From positions 38,466 through 102,465 of the forward strand of contig CALXMW010000003.1 in NCBI GenBank assembly GCA_944389585.1: DNA of 64,000 nt, read 5' to 3'. Each line of letters begins with the position of its first letter. Position 1 is the stretch's first letter. A model generated the notes under the pieces. It was not told the origin of the DNA, did not search any database, and saw only the letters and a list, made by a program, of their open reading frames with translations. A program made the position numbers and the translations under genes. Of this stretch, positions 30,201-37,500 are shown in pieces. This stretch comes from an uncultured Kiritimatiellota bacterium (GTDB taxonomy: Bacteria; Verrucomicrobiota; Kiritimatiellia; RFP12; DVOR01).

Positions 30201-32745
30201 CGACGGCGAGCACAAAGACGTCCACGGCTGGCTCCATCAGCCCCTCGTGGGCGACCGCCTGGGCATGGTCGCCGTCCTCAACCCCTCCTTCGGCCTCCTC
30301 GGCGGCAACAGCCCCCTCGGCGACAGCGAGAGCGAGGCCTACGACGCCTTCGCGCGCGGCGACCTGCGCCCCTACCTCGTCTGGGCGCTCACCCCCAACG
30401 TGCCCGACGACCTCTTCACCGGCACCTCCACGGGCCGCCGCAACTTCCTCAACCAGTGGGCCCTCGGCGCGTGGGTCGGCGCCACCCCCGCCATCGCCGA
30501 CGGCATCACCACCCCCCTCGCCAACCTCCGCACCCGCCTGCAGAATGGCAGCGCCTATATCTCCGCCGCCGGCATCCTCCCCATGACGCTCCTGGGCCAC
30601 CGCGGCGAAAACGGCGAAATCGCCACCGACGGCGCCTTCGACGACGGCGAGCTGCGCGTCGCCTTCCGCACCATGACCCAAGAAGAGCTCACCGCCGCCG
30701 GCCTCGACACCCCCGCCGCCAACCCCGAGGGCCAGCTCCCCTACGCCGCCGCCATCGACATGAACGGCGCGGGCTGGGCCAACGGCGCCGTCCTCCGCTT
30801 CGCCATCCTCCTGGCCAGCCCCGACGGCACGGTCTATGACCTCCAAGGCATCGCCAACTTCACCTCCGACGGCTTCGAGGGCTACTGCCCCTGGTACGTC
30901 CCCGAAGACCAGGCCAACATCAACGCCGTCTCCGCCCGCGAGGCCGCCGGCGTCTCCCCCTACGCCTGGGTCTACGACATCGCCCACGACGGCGTCTGGC
31001 TCAACGAAATCCGCCCCTTCACCAACTCCTCCGTCTCCGGCGACCCCACCTCCTACGCCGTCGAGCTGGCCATGGAGGCCTCCCCCGTCGCCACCGTCAG
31101 CGGCGGCGACGTCTACGACCCCTGGGACAACGCCCTCAACAACGTCGGCACGTACATCGCCCAGCGCTCCCTCGACGGCTGGAAGCTCGTCACCAAGGTG
31201 GCCGAGCTCCCAGGGCAGGACGCCCCCGTCGACGTGCCCCTGGAATGGGATCAGGTCGCCTCCATCGACCTCCACGGCTGGGTGCCCTTCCGCCGCATCG
31301 ACCCCGTCGCCCATGGCAACGCGACCCCCGAGGACTTCTACGCCCTCGACTTCTACGCCATCGGCGACAGCGCCGTCACCAACGCCGCCAGCCGGGTCAG
31401 CCTCGGCTTCCGCAACGACCAGGACGCCATCCGGAACAACGCCTACGACGGCACGAACCCGGACACCTTCCGCTGGCTCCCCGCCCCCGCCCCCCTCGAC
31501 AAGTTCCCCGAAGCCGTCGCCGCGAAGGTCGCCGACTACGACGGCATCCTCTACGCCTTCGCCCTCGTCCGCGACAACGGCGTCGTGGCCGACGAGGTGC
31601 TCTTCCACAACCAGCCCCGCAACGACCTCATCGACGCCCGCTTCCAGCGCGCCCTGGACATCGAGAACGCCACCCACGTCGTCGCCAACACCGTCCGCGG
31701 CGCCTTCATCCCCATCAAGCAGCCCACCACCAACCCCATCGCCTCCTTCCAGTTCGTCGAGTCGTCCCGGACGGATGACCCCGACTTCGCCCCCACGCTG
31801 ATGTGGAACTACGACAGTCGCGGCACCGCCGCCGCCAACACCCTCCCCGGCATCAACGGCTGGACCGACGGCACGTGGGTCTTCGTCCAACCCCGCTCCA
31901 ACATCCCCCCCGCCTTGGGCGTCGCCGGCGCCTCCTACAACGTCTCGGCCCAAATCCTCGGCGGCGACGGCCTCCTCTCCCTCGCCCGAAACGGCCTGGC
32001 GCCCGCCACCGGCCCCGCCGTCTCCCTCAGCGGCGTCGCCGGCGACACCTACGCCCTCAGCCTGGCCCAACCCTGGAACCCCGACTGGTTCACCCTCAAG
32101 GCCATCACCCGCAACGGCGCGCCCTACGACCCCGCCTTCCTCCGCACCACCACCACCTTCGCCCTCAACGCCAAGGCCACCGCCCTCACCGAGGCCAAAG
32201 GCGCCGAAATCGCCGCCGAAACCCTCGCCGAAGACGTCGACTACGTCCTCTCCCTCGGCTATACCCCCGACGCCGAACGCCTCCGCCAGAGCGGCGCGCT
32301 CGCCTCCGAGGACACCGCCTTCGAGGCCTGGCTCCGCCAAGCCAGCCCCGAGGACATCCTCGCGGCCACCGCCCAGGACGGCGTCGCCGCCAACGAAAAG
32401 TTCTGGCTCGGCTTCGAGGACGCCACCGTCTCCGCCGCCGAGGTCTCCCTCGCCATCACCCGCATCGGCACCCAGGCCGAAGGCACCGGCGAGGACGCGC
32501 GCACCCTCCCCGCCATCAGCGTCGCCCTCACCGACGGCGGCGTCCCCCTCGACGCCATCCGGGGCGACGGCGCGCTCCTCCTCCTGGGCACGGAATCCCT
32601 CGACGACCCCGACTGGCGCGTCGTCCGCCGCCTCACCGCCGACGACCTCAACGGCGAGCGCCTCCTCGTCCTCGACACCCCCTGCAACTTCTTCCGCGCC
32701 ATCCTCCTCTCCGTCAAGCAGGCCAACGAACTCCCGACAGAGTAG
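21259..32745 (+). CDS. Giant secreted protein (3,828 aa), acidic, D/G/A/T-rich, function unknown
   Basis: Signal peptide MISRLRYWALAALAAGLLGGPAVRAQS. Uninterrupted 11.5-kb ORF starting 3 nt after the pseudopilin stop. Conserved C-terminal module shared with the 4,404-aa protein. Confidence 0.85.
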   Translation: MISRLRYWALAALAAGLLGGPAVRAQSAATRLVQQDPVRYALALEEDTANPGQWRFRVTVSIPREGADYGIPVAAVPSRLMFRAHKGDVTAFDGSILLSRLLPADAGLLYPMPQSGDTPVTDGVQSGDADALADLDDGTVEAPSTDPIRWEAVYVSTWYNSTDNALLASLLDGQATHEWYAASRYGIGSFTRISDIQDAGRKQTFRDARLWAEASGTYDWAGAVDDATRSRWGSVYDWQSVSMTGAPWEIHGGVVNDNSRGVGGVQLLGIVDKDAGALPRLVSPVYPDGVSAVTFKASLVSPPQEGEDPQRLEVEVLDTSSGAEKWTPVDTDIDLSATHKAFTVSLGDALPAGGNGRFRIVRATPSGAGGDLHMGAITLSDLLVRSAAPTADFSNPGFTPNPLYPRDGAWQIAFKATSADARGYRAEIALQRRANGDDTAQWHAAADVSVAKQAAGNAADIVATLRPGTLETYASGAVNAAEGAFFTDASGAVTGLLPGVYNLRLTADVLGSFAAGRENIDEHETVQAQLSTYDVMVTDGEGKETVETHPFVVDLRERETGHAGVVLEATYRVDGEGRNDYAFFTREVELLPSAAEPNVWRADVQRVLRLKEDESAVWAWAPDSLVDQAGTTTQQGQEEILSFRIRATKPDGTVTYYGQRRQVADTLPPTSTAFPATTSALVSADAADALSPIAVPLGIAASHVAVEATLGDAPMLVLRGSYWQDFNAWFAVSEEAGADFSNTDFRENVSSVTAGFNVRAWGRDTTLDERTIAAGWMPDEGPFARDTSITDPFEVARLATGAQTADYAFLYRNTDDAISRMFAQWGASHEPAEPKYLRPTDYGEDGRSQYFALEGGAEVVLRRAYSTLGDGTVMPDAAIRLTPNAFITPTSAVKLKGVGTVSFDYALSIPYDFSHRVCLVQDANNPGTFGGAGFGIAAGIPANVTSTYSPSGVSVSYYLEDVWNNRTYELRLTEIYHFPSGNEETLPSTAVYAELYRWQGSTAERLPFEPPTGSVAPYALTIGSGGLAGHRYGLWVNGDGKLVVGYNASATTTGSLTASATSRDEVTVPPGGFRLALNSAECRPTFRYVSYASARGTAPTAPLLSGVAKQEYNAPGWAGAQGAWSLGTESDRTAITLTRRNPPRDTAGRFVLRVQPDEGGYTDYPFYAQSGTLQRATFTVGQANATVSLRIEGGASGVFIDNVTVTSWCGDDTQRNGDNVPDFTDLGFEEIGVVGGAEANGFAAVGVWVRPEDDAQLTVSKDAYEGQQVLVMQRSRKNSNNGQFAEGLSDGGMGTRWVTGASLALYTPHSRGRGFGSVSFRYRIPQTAAGADGPAVRLLLQFRADNGYSNDYLGSYAYDQHWVDVSGPILLSDVSGGWATASVVPRYVSGDQAGQELVGVSGTLRLVMVIPDEYRNDASYDPCVWLDDVTVTDNRSGVLASWAAGNAKLTSSPVDLLYWKDRAVAGLNDQTEHTFAERAGLTQALHLNDAVVNDQVADAYLESPKLENGAGRLSFAARLASASPTPVRLYLSATASEDDDLGAEDFTVLAAFDVTNTVYQVYDVNLTSATFADPDDDTQTHKAEDARRLRLWTVPRNAVGAAPGGHPAVYGQVLIDRLAIDEPIRPSLRITDVAFSNTDALAFDSKSPLSQPVSGATALHVQATIGSKQRVKPGSVRVFYSFAVSDAGVEDLRATSGYSYVDALGADNTAGATRPIYRFPGEASAWGLDSWLLPSLPEPALIADDPDAALPANTLELTGNDDETLFTGDLSADFRDLLVLPPNSLVRYAVWAVYQAENEDGQTDAENTEWYRSVIDAGDYTEFPWYFPRNLNDEMQARNNAAGFSPYYWVYSCLPGEAFINEFNLTDASAPADATLHAFIELCFPATLDIDDWAVAHSVGTGSITPGNAPVLIDPGADQADMNPEPGVVPARRGQEQSSNRAFYTVANSTVDFDLTSAKNAGWVKTDRNIGYTGSNAAAVVYLYRPTGGAEHIVVFPTAAASNISGETQRGYVQSTYEDLLARTAPFGGTWSQTFLDTTWEAEISQHGLGDAVVDTLPDSDPTGVISPETTPAAMHGRRLAIAETFQADDAGDYAPAGGTTAYVQDNDDRNAGYANSIATVDMGGKWVTRRNKINEASVADLTHLTSGDPLGFNPTQQARSDDADKDIQVTPRQVNLDQWLVPYTGLSRCAVVSRVESGLGRHTLEILDSSDPNSTDVTATRRGGVDRTAVTWTVGNAGSPHVRLVYDALPYHHLASVKLRFRDSVSGNYLGAAAQAGLPALDDQVGVTLGTPDADGWAEVTLSGTPASLAIPLQLYITGQADQEERFTVEAIAAFAPSQDTDMGQVITCVRPYVGEPSGAGRPDTGPDAAARRNQPWRGSGFGFEVGYAAPAGATLSSVFVLYPDPDHADETGLDAAWVGAAALKDFNDVDDGALTAEAIAAALNATDPDDPASAPAGAKVVHLNTSADGWFYNASVVPILGTAYGTGEPAIPFVAWGVYTVTFPTDAGAQSVSFLLRQAVNAETAAPAADPFVFPEWYKPLAPLAVDLPYFYLYATPPESVWLNEVNLVQGAGTAPYAEVVFPILRQGILDAGIPQASPEGWKLRTYTAAGAQGTETDLAGTSLTGSGSASYAYATAAIDAATDTTAYVLIRPCGAAEGGVWTGVDATGGTAVTPGTLDLINVFPGVTDSSTEAGSVQLVGQLVYNDGATIGTISSEASMRTQWAFAPESRATDNEGIRPDLDPDWNKVTFLNVIRNATYGSGACGTWREGYFESETAVGQSASGAVSKAGPSWVYDPLSSSLQNVFSYRPRTGYCFESIQLPPELIGHVMLVGQAGGALTPAEVQTAYTRNIEAYDAAVTDDDKAAVARSTWLNLDGRATVDAATGLITFDRDYVANGDTTGETFADQDDFVITLLFVDEPASAQGTLTVSFAQGETGAGAWLSTQTFYALDGNGDPVEDKGGEAVAKPIWDDAEGNADGEHKDVHGWLHQPLVGDRLGMVAVLNPSFGLLGGNSPLGDSESEAYDAFARGDLRPYLVWALTPNVPDDLFTGTSTGRRNFLNQWALGAWVGATPAIADGITTPLANLRTRLQNGSAYISAAGILPMTLLGHRGENGEIATDGAFDDGELRVAFRTMTQEELTAAGLDTPAANPEGQLPYAAAIDMNGAGWANGAVLRFAILLASPDGTVYDLQGIANFTSDGFEGYCPWYVPEDQANINAVSAREAAGVSPYAWVYDIAHDGVWLNEIRPFTNSSVSGDPTSYAVELAMEASPVATVSGGDVYDPWDNALNNVGTYIAQRSLDGWKLVTKVAELPGQDAPVDVPLEWDQVASIDLHGWVPFRRIDPVAHGNATPEDFYALDFYAIGDSAVTNAASRVSLGFRNDQDAIRNNAYDGTNPDTFRWLPAPAPLDKFPEAVAAKVADYDGILYAFALVRDNGVVADEVLFHNQPRNDLIDARFQRALDIENATHVVANTVRGAFIPIKQPTTNPIASFQFVESSRTDDPDFAPTLMWNYDSRGTAAANTLPGINGWTDGTWVFVQPRSNIPPALGVAGASYNVSAQILGGDGLLSLARNGLAPATGPAVSLSGVAGDTYALSLAQPWNPDWFTLKAITRNGAPYDPAFLRTTTTFALNAKATALTEAKGAEIAAETLAEDVDYVLSLGYTPDAERLRQSGALASEDTAFEAWLRQASPEDILAATAQDGVAANEKFWLGFEDATVSAAEVSLAITRIGTQAEGTGEDARTLPAISVALTDGGVPLDAIRGDGALLLLGTESLDDPDWRVVRRLTADDLNGERLLVLDTPCNFFRAILLSVKQANELPTE

Positions 32746-32770
32746 GGGAGCCCCCGCGAGCACTCACCAA

Positions 32771-32798
32771 AGCGCCCCCCCCCGGGCGCTTTTTTTTG
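32771..32798 (+). terminator. Rho-independent terminator after the 3,828-aa gene
   Basis: AGCGCCCCCCCCCGGGCGCT hairpin followed by TTTTTTTT. Confidence 0.6.
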
Positions 32799-33780
32799 AG
32801 ACCACAGAGGACACAGAGACCACACGGAGGGACACGGGGATTGAAATCACAACGGACACAAAGGGCACAAAGGGGTGCACGACGCAGGAGGAGACCACAG
32901 AGGGCACGGAGGACACACGGAGGAACACGGAGAGGGAAGGGAAATCACAACGGACACAAAGGACACAAAGGGGTGCACGACGCAGGAGGAGACCACAGAG
33001 GGCACGGAGGACACACGGAGAAACACGGAGAGGGAAGGGAAATCACAACGGACACAAAGGACACAAAGGGCACAAAGGGGACGGGAAAGGAAAAGGAAAG
33101 AGGAAGAGGGGCAAGGGGCGCCGCCCCTTGAACCCCGGCAGGGGGAAGCTCCCCCTGCACCCGCGGCACGCCTGCGACGTGCCAACGCCCGTCAAGCGGG
33201 CGACGTCTAGGGATGGGCAGAAAGGAGGACAGGCTGGGGGGCGTTGGACGTCCCAGTGGTCTCAGTCGTCCCAGTGGTCCCAAAGCGCGAGGGTTAGCGA
33301 CGCAGTCTGGGACCACTGGGACTTCTGGGACGACTGGGACGGCGCCCTGCCCGTCGTCCAGCAGGGGCGCTCTGTTCTCTGTTCTCCCCTTTGTGATTTT
33401 CCTTTCCCCTCTGTGTCCCTCCGTGTGTCCTCTGTGTCCTCTGTGATCTCCCCTGCGTTGCCTGTCAGGCACGTCGCAGGCGTGCCGCGGGTGCAGGGGG
33501 AGCTTCCCCCTGCCGGGGTTCAAGGGGCGGCGCCCCTTGCCCCTCCTCTCCTCTCCTCTTTCCTTTTCCTTTCCCGTCCCCTTTGTGTCCTTTGTGTCCG
33601 TTGTGATTTCCCTTCCCTCTCCGTGTTCCTCCGTGTGTCCTCCGTGCCCTCTGTGGTCTCCTCCTGCGTCGTGCACCCCTTTGTGCCCTTTGTGTCCTTT
33701 GTGCCCTTTGTGATTTCAATCCCCGTGTCCCTCCGTGTGGTCTCTGTGTCCGCTGTGATCTTTTTTCCTTGCGGGATGGG
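32799..33780. repeat. About 1-kb nested palindromic element of the octamer-repeat family (tandem 120-bp duplication, about 350-bp inverted arms, hairpin core)
   Basis: 32870-32940 is the reverse complement of 33600-33668 (GGGTGCACGACGCAGGAGGAGACCACAGAGGGCACGGAGGACACACGGAGGAACACGGAGAGGGAAGGG). Arms are built of CACAGAGG/CACGGAGG/CACAAAGG octamers. Centre has GTCCCAGTGGTCTCAGTCGTCCCAGTGGTCCCAA / TGGGACCACTGGGACTTCTGGGAC. Confidence 0.7.
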
Positions 33781-33832
33781 CTTCATTGTGCTACTTTATC
33801 GCTGTATGATTGAGTTAGGAAAAAGGATTTGT

Positions 33833-34552
33833 ATGCGGAGCGCGTGCTTTCCGGATGCGGCGCGAAGGGTCGCCGCGTGCGCGTTGTTGGCCGTCGGAGC
33901 CTTGATTTTGCAAGGGTGCGGGGAGGATCCCGCGCCGGCGGACCCGTATGCGGAGCTGGACGCGCGCTATCCCGCGGGGCGCCCCGGGTTGGTGGACGCG
34001 CAGACGCGCGCGAAGGACGCGGCCTATGTTTCGGAGATCCGGCGCCTGGGCCAGGCGCGCATCGCCGCCGACCAGGCCGCGCAGAAGGCCGAGGAGGCCG
34101 TGGCGCGCTTCCGCGCGGACTACGCCAAGAGCGTCTCCAAGCGTCTGGGCAAGGAGGCCCCGAAGGATTACCTCGAGGCCGCGCTGTCGCACCACGCCCA
34201 CTTTCAGGCCCTGCTGAAGGCCGCCGAGGAGGCCCGCGCCGCCGCCGCGCAGGCGCAGGAGACCGTCGCCCAGGCCATCCGCGACAAGCAGAACGCCGAG
34301 CGCCGCGCCTATGACGAATTGCGCGCCGAGGCCGACCGCCGGGCGGTGGCCGCCGGGCTGAAGGTGCGCGCCGCCCTGCCCGAGAAGCCCGAGCCGCCCG
34401 CCGCGCCCGAAGAACCCGCCCAGGCGGCCGCGCAGCCGGCCCTGCCCGAGGGCGCCATCCCCTTCAAGCAGCCGGAGGCGAAGGCCGCGCCGGCGAACGC
34501 GCAGGAATTGTCAGAGGCCACGGGCATCCCCGTGGCGCCGAACGGGCGCTGA
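33833..34552 (+). CDS. Hypothetical lipoprotein, Ala/Glu-rich coiled-coil
   Basis: Signal + lipobox LILQGC|G. AAAAAGGA RBS before ATG 33833. The 474-aa track ORF is trimmed because its 5' part lies inside the repeat element. Confidence 0.55.
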   Translation: MRSACFPDAARRVAACALLAVGALILQGCGEDPAPADPYAELDARYPAGRPGLVDAQTRAKDAAYVSEIRRLGQARIAADQAAQKAEEAVARFRADYAKSVSKRLGKEAPKDYLEAALSHHAHFQALLKAAEEARAAAAQAQETVAQAIRDKQNAERRAYDELRAEADRRAVAAGLKVRAALPEKPEPPAAPEEPAQAAAQPALPEGAIPFKQPEAKAAPANAQELSEATGIPVAPNGR

Positions 34553-34595
34553 GCCCACTCCCTTTCACGAGAACCCTCCCCACGAGGCAAGACGT

Positions 34596-37500
34596 ATGAA
34601 AAGCAAAAGCAACCTTCTGATCGCGATGGGCGCGGTGTTGGGCCTCTTCGCCGCGGCGCCGGCCTGGGCGCAGTCGCAGAACTATCGGATTGAATCCATC
34701 ACCCGGAGCACCGAAAGTGGGGAGACCTCGATCAGCGAGCCGTTGACGGCGGGCGGGATTGTCTATTTCGACGTCTCCCTCACCGACACCACGACGGACT
34801 CCAACCGCTGGACCTTCACCGGCAACGGGGAAGTCTCGGGCATCGGCGACAACCGCCCCTACCTGCAGCTGGACATGCCCCTGCGCGGCGAGAGCGTCAA
34901 GCAGAGCACCGAAGGCACGGGGGACGACGCCGAGGAGGCCACCGCCGAGACGAACACCGCCGTGGCCTACTACGTGGGGCAGGCCCCCGGCGTCACCGAC
35001 ACCACAAAGACCGTCCTGCGCTTCGCCTACACGGTGCGCCCGGGCGACCTGGCCGAAGACCTCGTGTGGGCCAAGAACGCCGCGGGCAACCCGCTCTTCG
35101 GCGGCGACCTCACCAAAATCCAGCTGACGTACCAGTCGGGCTCCGGCACCACCCAGACCGCCAACCTCGATTCCTCCTGCCTCATCTGGGCCAACGGCAC
35201 CTCGACCCCCACCGGCACCATCCCCGTCAACGGTTACACGCTGACCGTCGGCGACGAGGGCGACTTCAACAGCGGCTTCCTTTACCAGGGCCTCGTGCCC
35301 ATGACGATCAGCGCCCCCGCGGGCACCGTCTCGGCCTTCACCAGCACCTCCTATGCCAACAACTGCTACCTCTGGCTGGAGGTCCAAGACCAAGATGATG
35401 ACACCTGGAAGCAGGTGCCCGCGGGCATCGTCCTGCTCAACAACGACCGCTCCACCGTCAAGGCCGGCGACGCCTCCGCGGCGCTCTTGGACGACTTCAC
35501 GCCCACCCACGCGGGCCGCTTCATCGGCAACACCGGCACCTTCGCTTCCCAGCGCTTCTTCGTCAACCTGCCCAAGAGCGACGCCTATCCCGCCGGCACC
35601 ATCGTCCGCATCTGCTACGGCGTGAACCCCACCACCGCCGAGGGCCTCCACGGCTATTGGGAATATCCCATCGTCGAGGCCCCCTTCATCACCGCCAACA
35701 ACACGGGCACCTCCTATGAGGTGACCAATCCCAACCTTGTCTCCGCGCAGAACGATCCCTTCCAGGTCAACGGCACGGCCGTCACCAACGGCGGCACCAT
35801 CACCGCCGGCGCGGACGAGACCTTCACCATTTCCATCCGCAAGCAGAACATCGACCTCTATCAGGATTGCGGCACGCTCTACGCCATCGTCGAGCGCCTC
35901 ACCGTCAAGAGCGACGAGAACAAGGACAATGCCGACATCTCCCTGGCCACGATGACGCTTGAGAAAACCTACGTGCCCTTGGATCCCTACGGCCTGGCCG
36001 ACGGCACCATCGACTTCACCGTCCCCGCCAGCGCCGGCACCGGCGAGGCGATCTACCGCATCCGCGTGCCTGAGCTGGAGCACATGGCCACCGGCGAGGG
36101 CACGGTCGGCACCATCGACTGCCCCTATTACCTGCGTATCCAGACCACGGCCCGCCGCGAGGACATCACCATCCAGGCCGGCGAGGCCGGCTACACCGGC
36201 CAGGAATATTACAGCCCCCTGCCCACCGCCGAGGGCTCCCTGCCCAGCTTCCTGGAATACACCCTCAGCGTGGCCTCCACCGCGGACAATAACCGCACCT
36301 TCCTCGTCTATCCCGTCGCCGCCGACGGCACGACCCAGATCACCGGCGATTATTACTACACGGACACCCCGCCGACCGTCGAGAACGGCGTCCTCACGGG
36401 CGGGCGCAAGGTGCAGGACAACATCGCGCGCTACGCGGTGCTCCAGCGCAACGGCGGCTCCGTCACCAGCTCCGCCGGGCCGGAATACATCGTCTCCATC
36501 CCGCGCGGGCAGACCTCCGCCACCTTCTACGTGGCGCTGGTGAACGATTTCCCGCAGAACTACCTCGCCGGGAGCGCCGCCCGCTATGAAGTCCAGGGCG
36601 GGGTTGTGTCGCAGGTGGGCGCCGCAATCCAGGTGCCCGACCTGCCCATCTTCCGCGCCGCCACCTGCAACGCCTCGGGCGTCGTCACCGGCCTGAGCGA
36701 CACCTCCGACACCGTCGAGGTCGTCATCTCCAACCGCGCGCCCACTCTCCAGAGCTACAACGCGCCCACCTCCGCCGCCGCCGGCAGCGGGATGCGCTTC
36801 AGCTTCCAGGTCAACGACACCGTGAGCGACTATCTCTTCGCCGAGTTCAGCTCCGGCTCGGGCGAGACGATTTACCGCCTCTACGTGGACGAGGAGGAGA
36901 TGATCGCCCTCATGGGCGAGGCCGCGTGGGAGCAATACCTCCAGACTGAGTTCCTCGACCCCTACGGCATCACCGACCGCGACAACTTCATCCAGACGCG
37001 CGCCGCCCACGGCGCCCAGACCATCACCTTCACGAACGTCGTCGCCGGCACGGGCAGCGAGCAGACGTGGACCTTCACGGTGCGCGACTCCTCCGGCGAG
37101 CAGGCCACCCAGACCGGCACCATCACGCTGAGCACCGCCCAGCGCTTCACCGTCTACACCTACCTCGACACCCTGAACAGCAACGGCTCGGGCTACGTGC
37201 GCTTCGCCGACGAGCTCTCCGGCACGGGCTGGCTGTGGGGCAACGAGTGGACCTACACCTCCCTCTCGCGCGGCGCCTCGGGCTCCACCGTCACCCTCAC
37301 GGCCACCCCCTTCCTCGCCGGCGAGACATATACGGGCGGCAACTTCGCCAACTACATGCCCGGCATCCCCCCGACCAAGGATTCCTTCTTCTACGCCTGG
37401 CAGCCCTATGAGGCCAACATGGGCGCCACCTGGCTGGAAAGCCCGGTCTACGGCAGCTCCGTCACCCTCAACCGTCAGGGCGTCGGCCAGGACGACCAGG

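Noticed and set aside
21838-32763. 3641-aa minus-strand ORF
   Set aside because: Antisense shadow of the 3,828-aa gene. G/A/V/D-rich translation with no signal peptide or motifs. The plus-strand gene has a signal peptide, terminator and pseudopilin coupling.
32799-33780. CRISPR array
   Set aside because: Repeats are octamer tandems and long inverted arms, not 25-40-bp direct repeats with unique spacers of constant length. No cas genes nearby.
32847-33786. His/Gly-rich ORFs (MHDAGGDHRGHGGHTEEHGEG...) called on both strands, and other small ORFs inside repeat elements (5519-5863, 18270-18647, 47865-48710, 48129-48485)
   Set aside because: They arise because the element is an inverted repeat of octamer arrays, so the same peptide appears on both strands. 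No RBS, and low-complexity.
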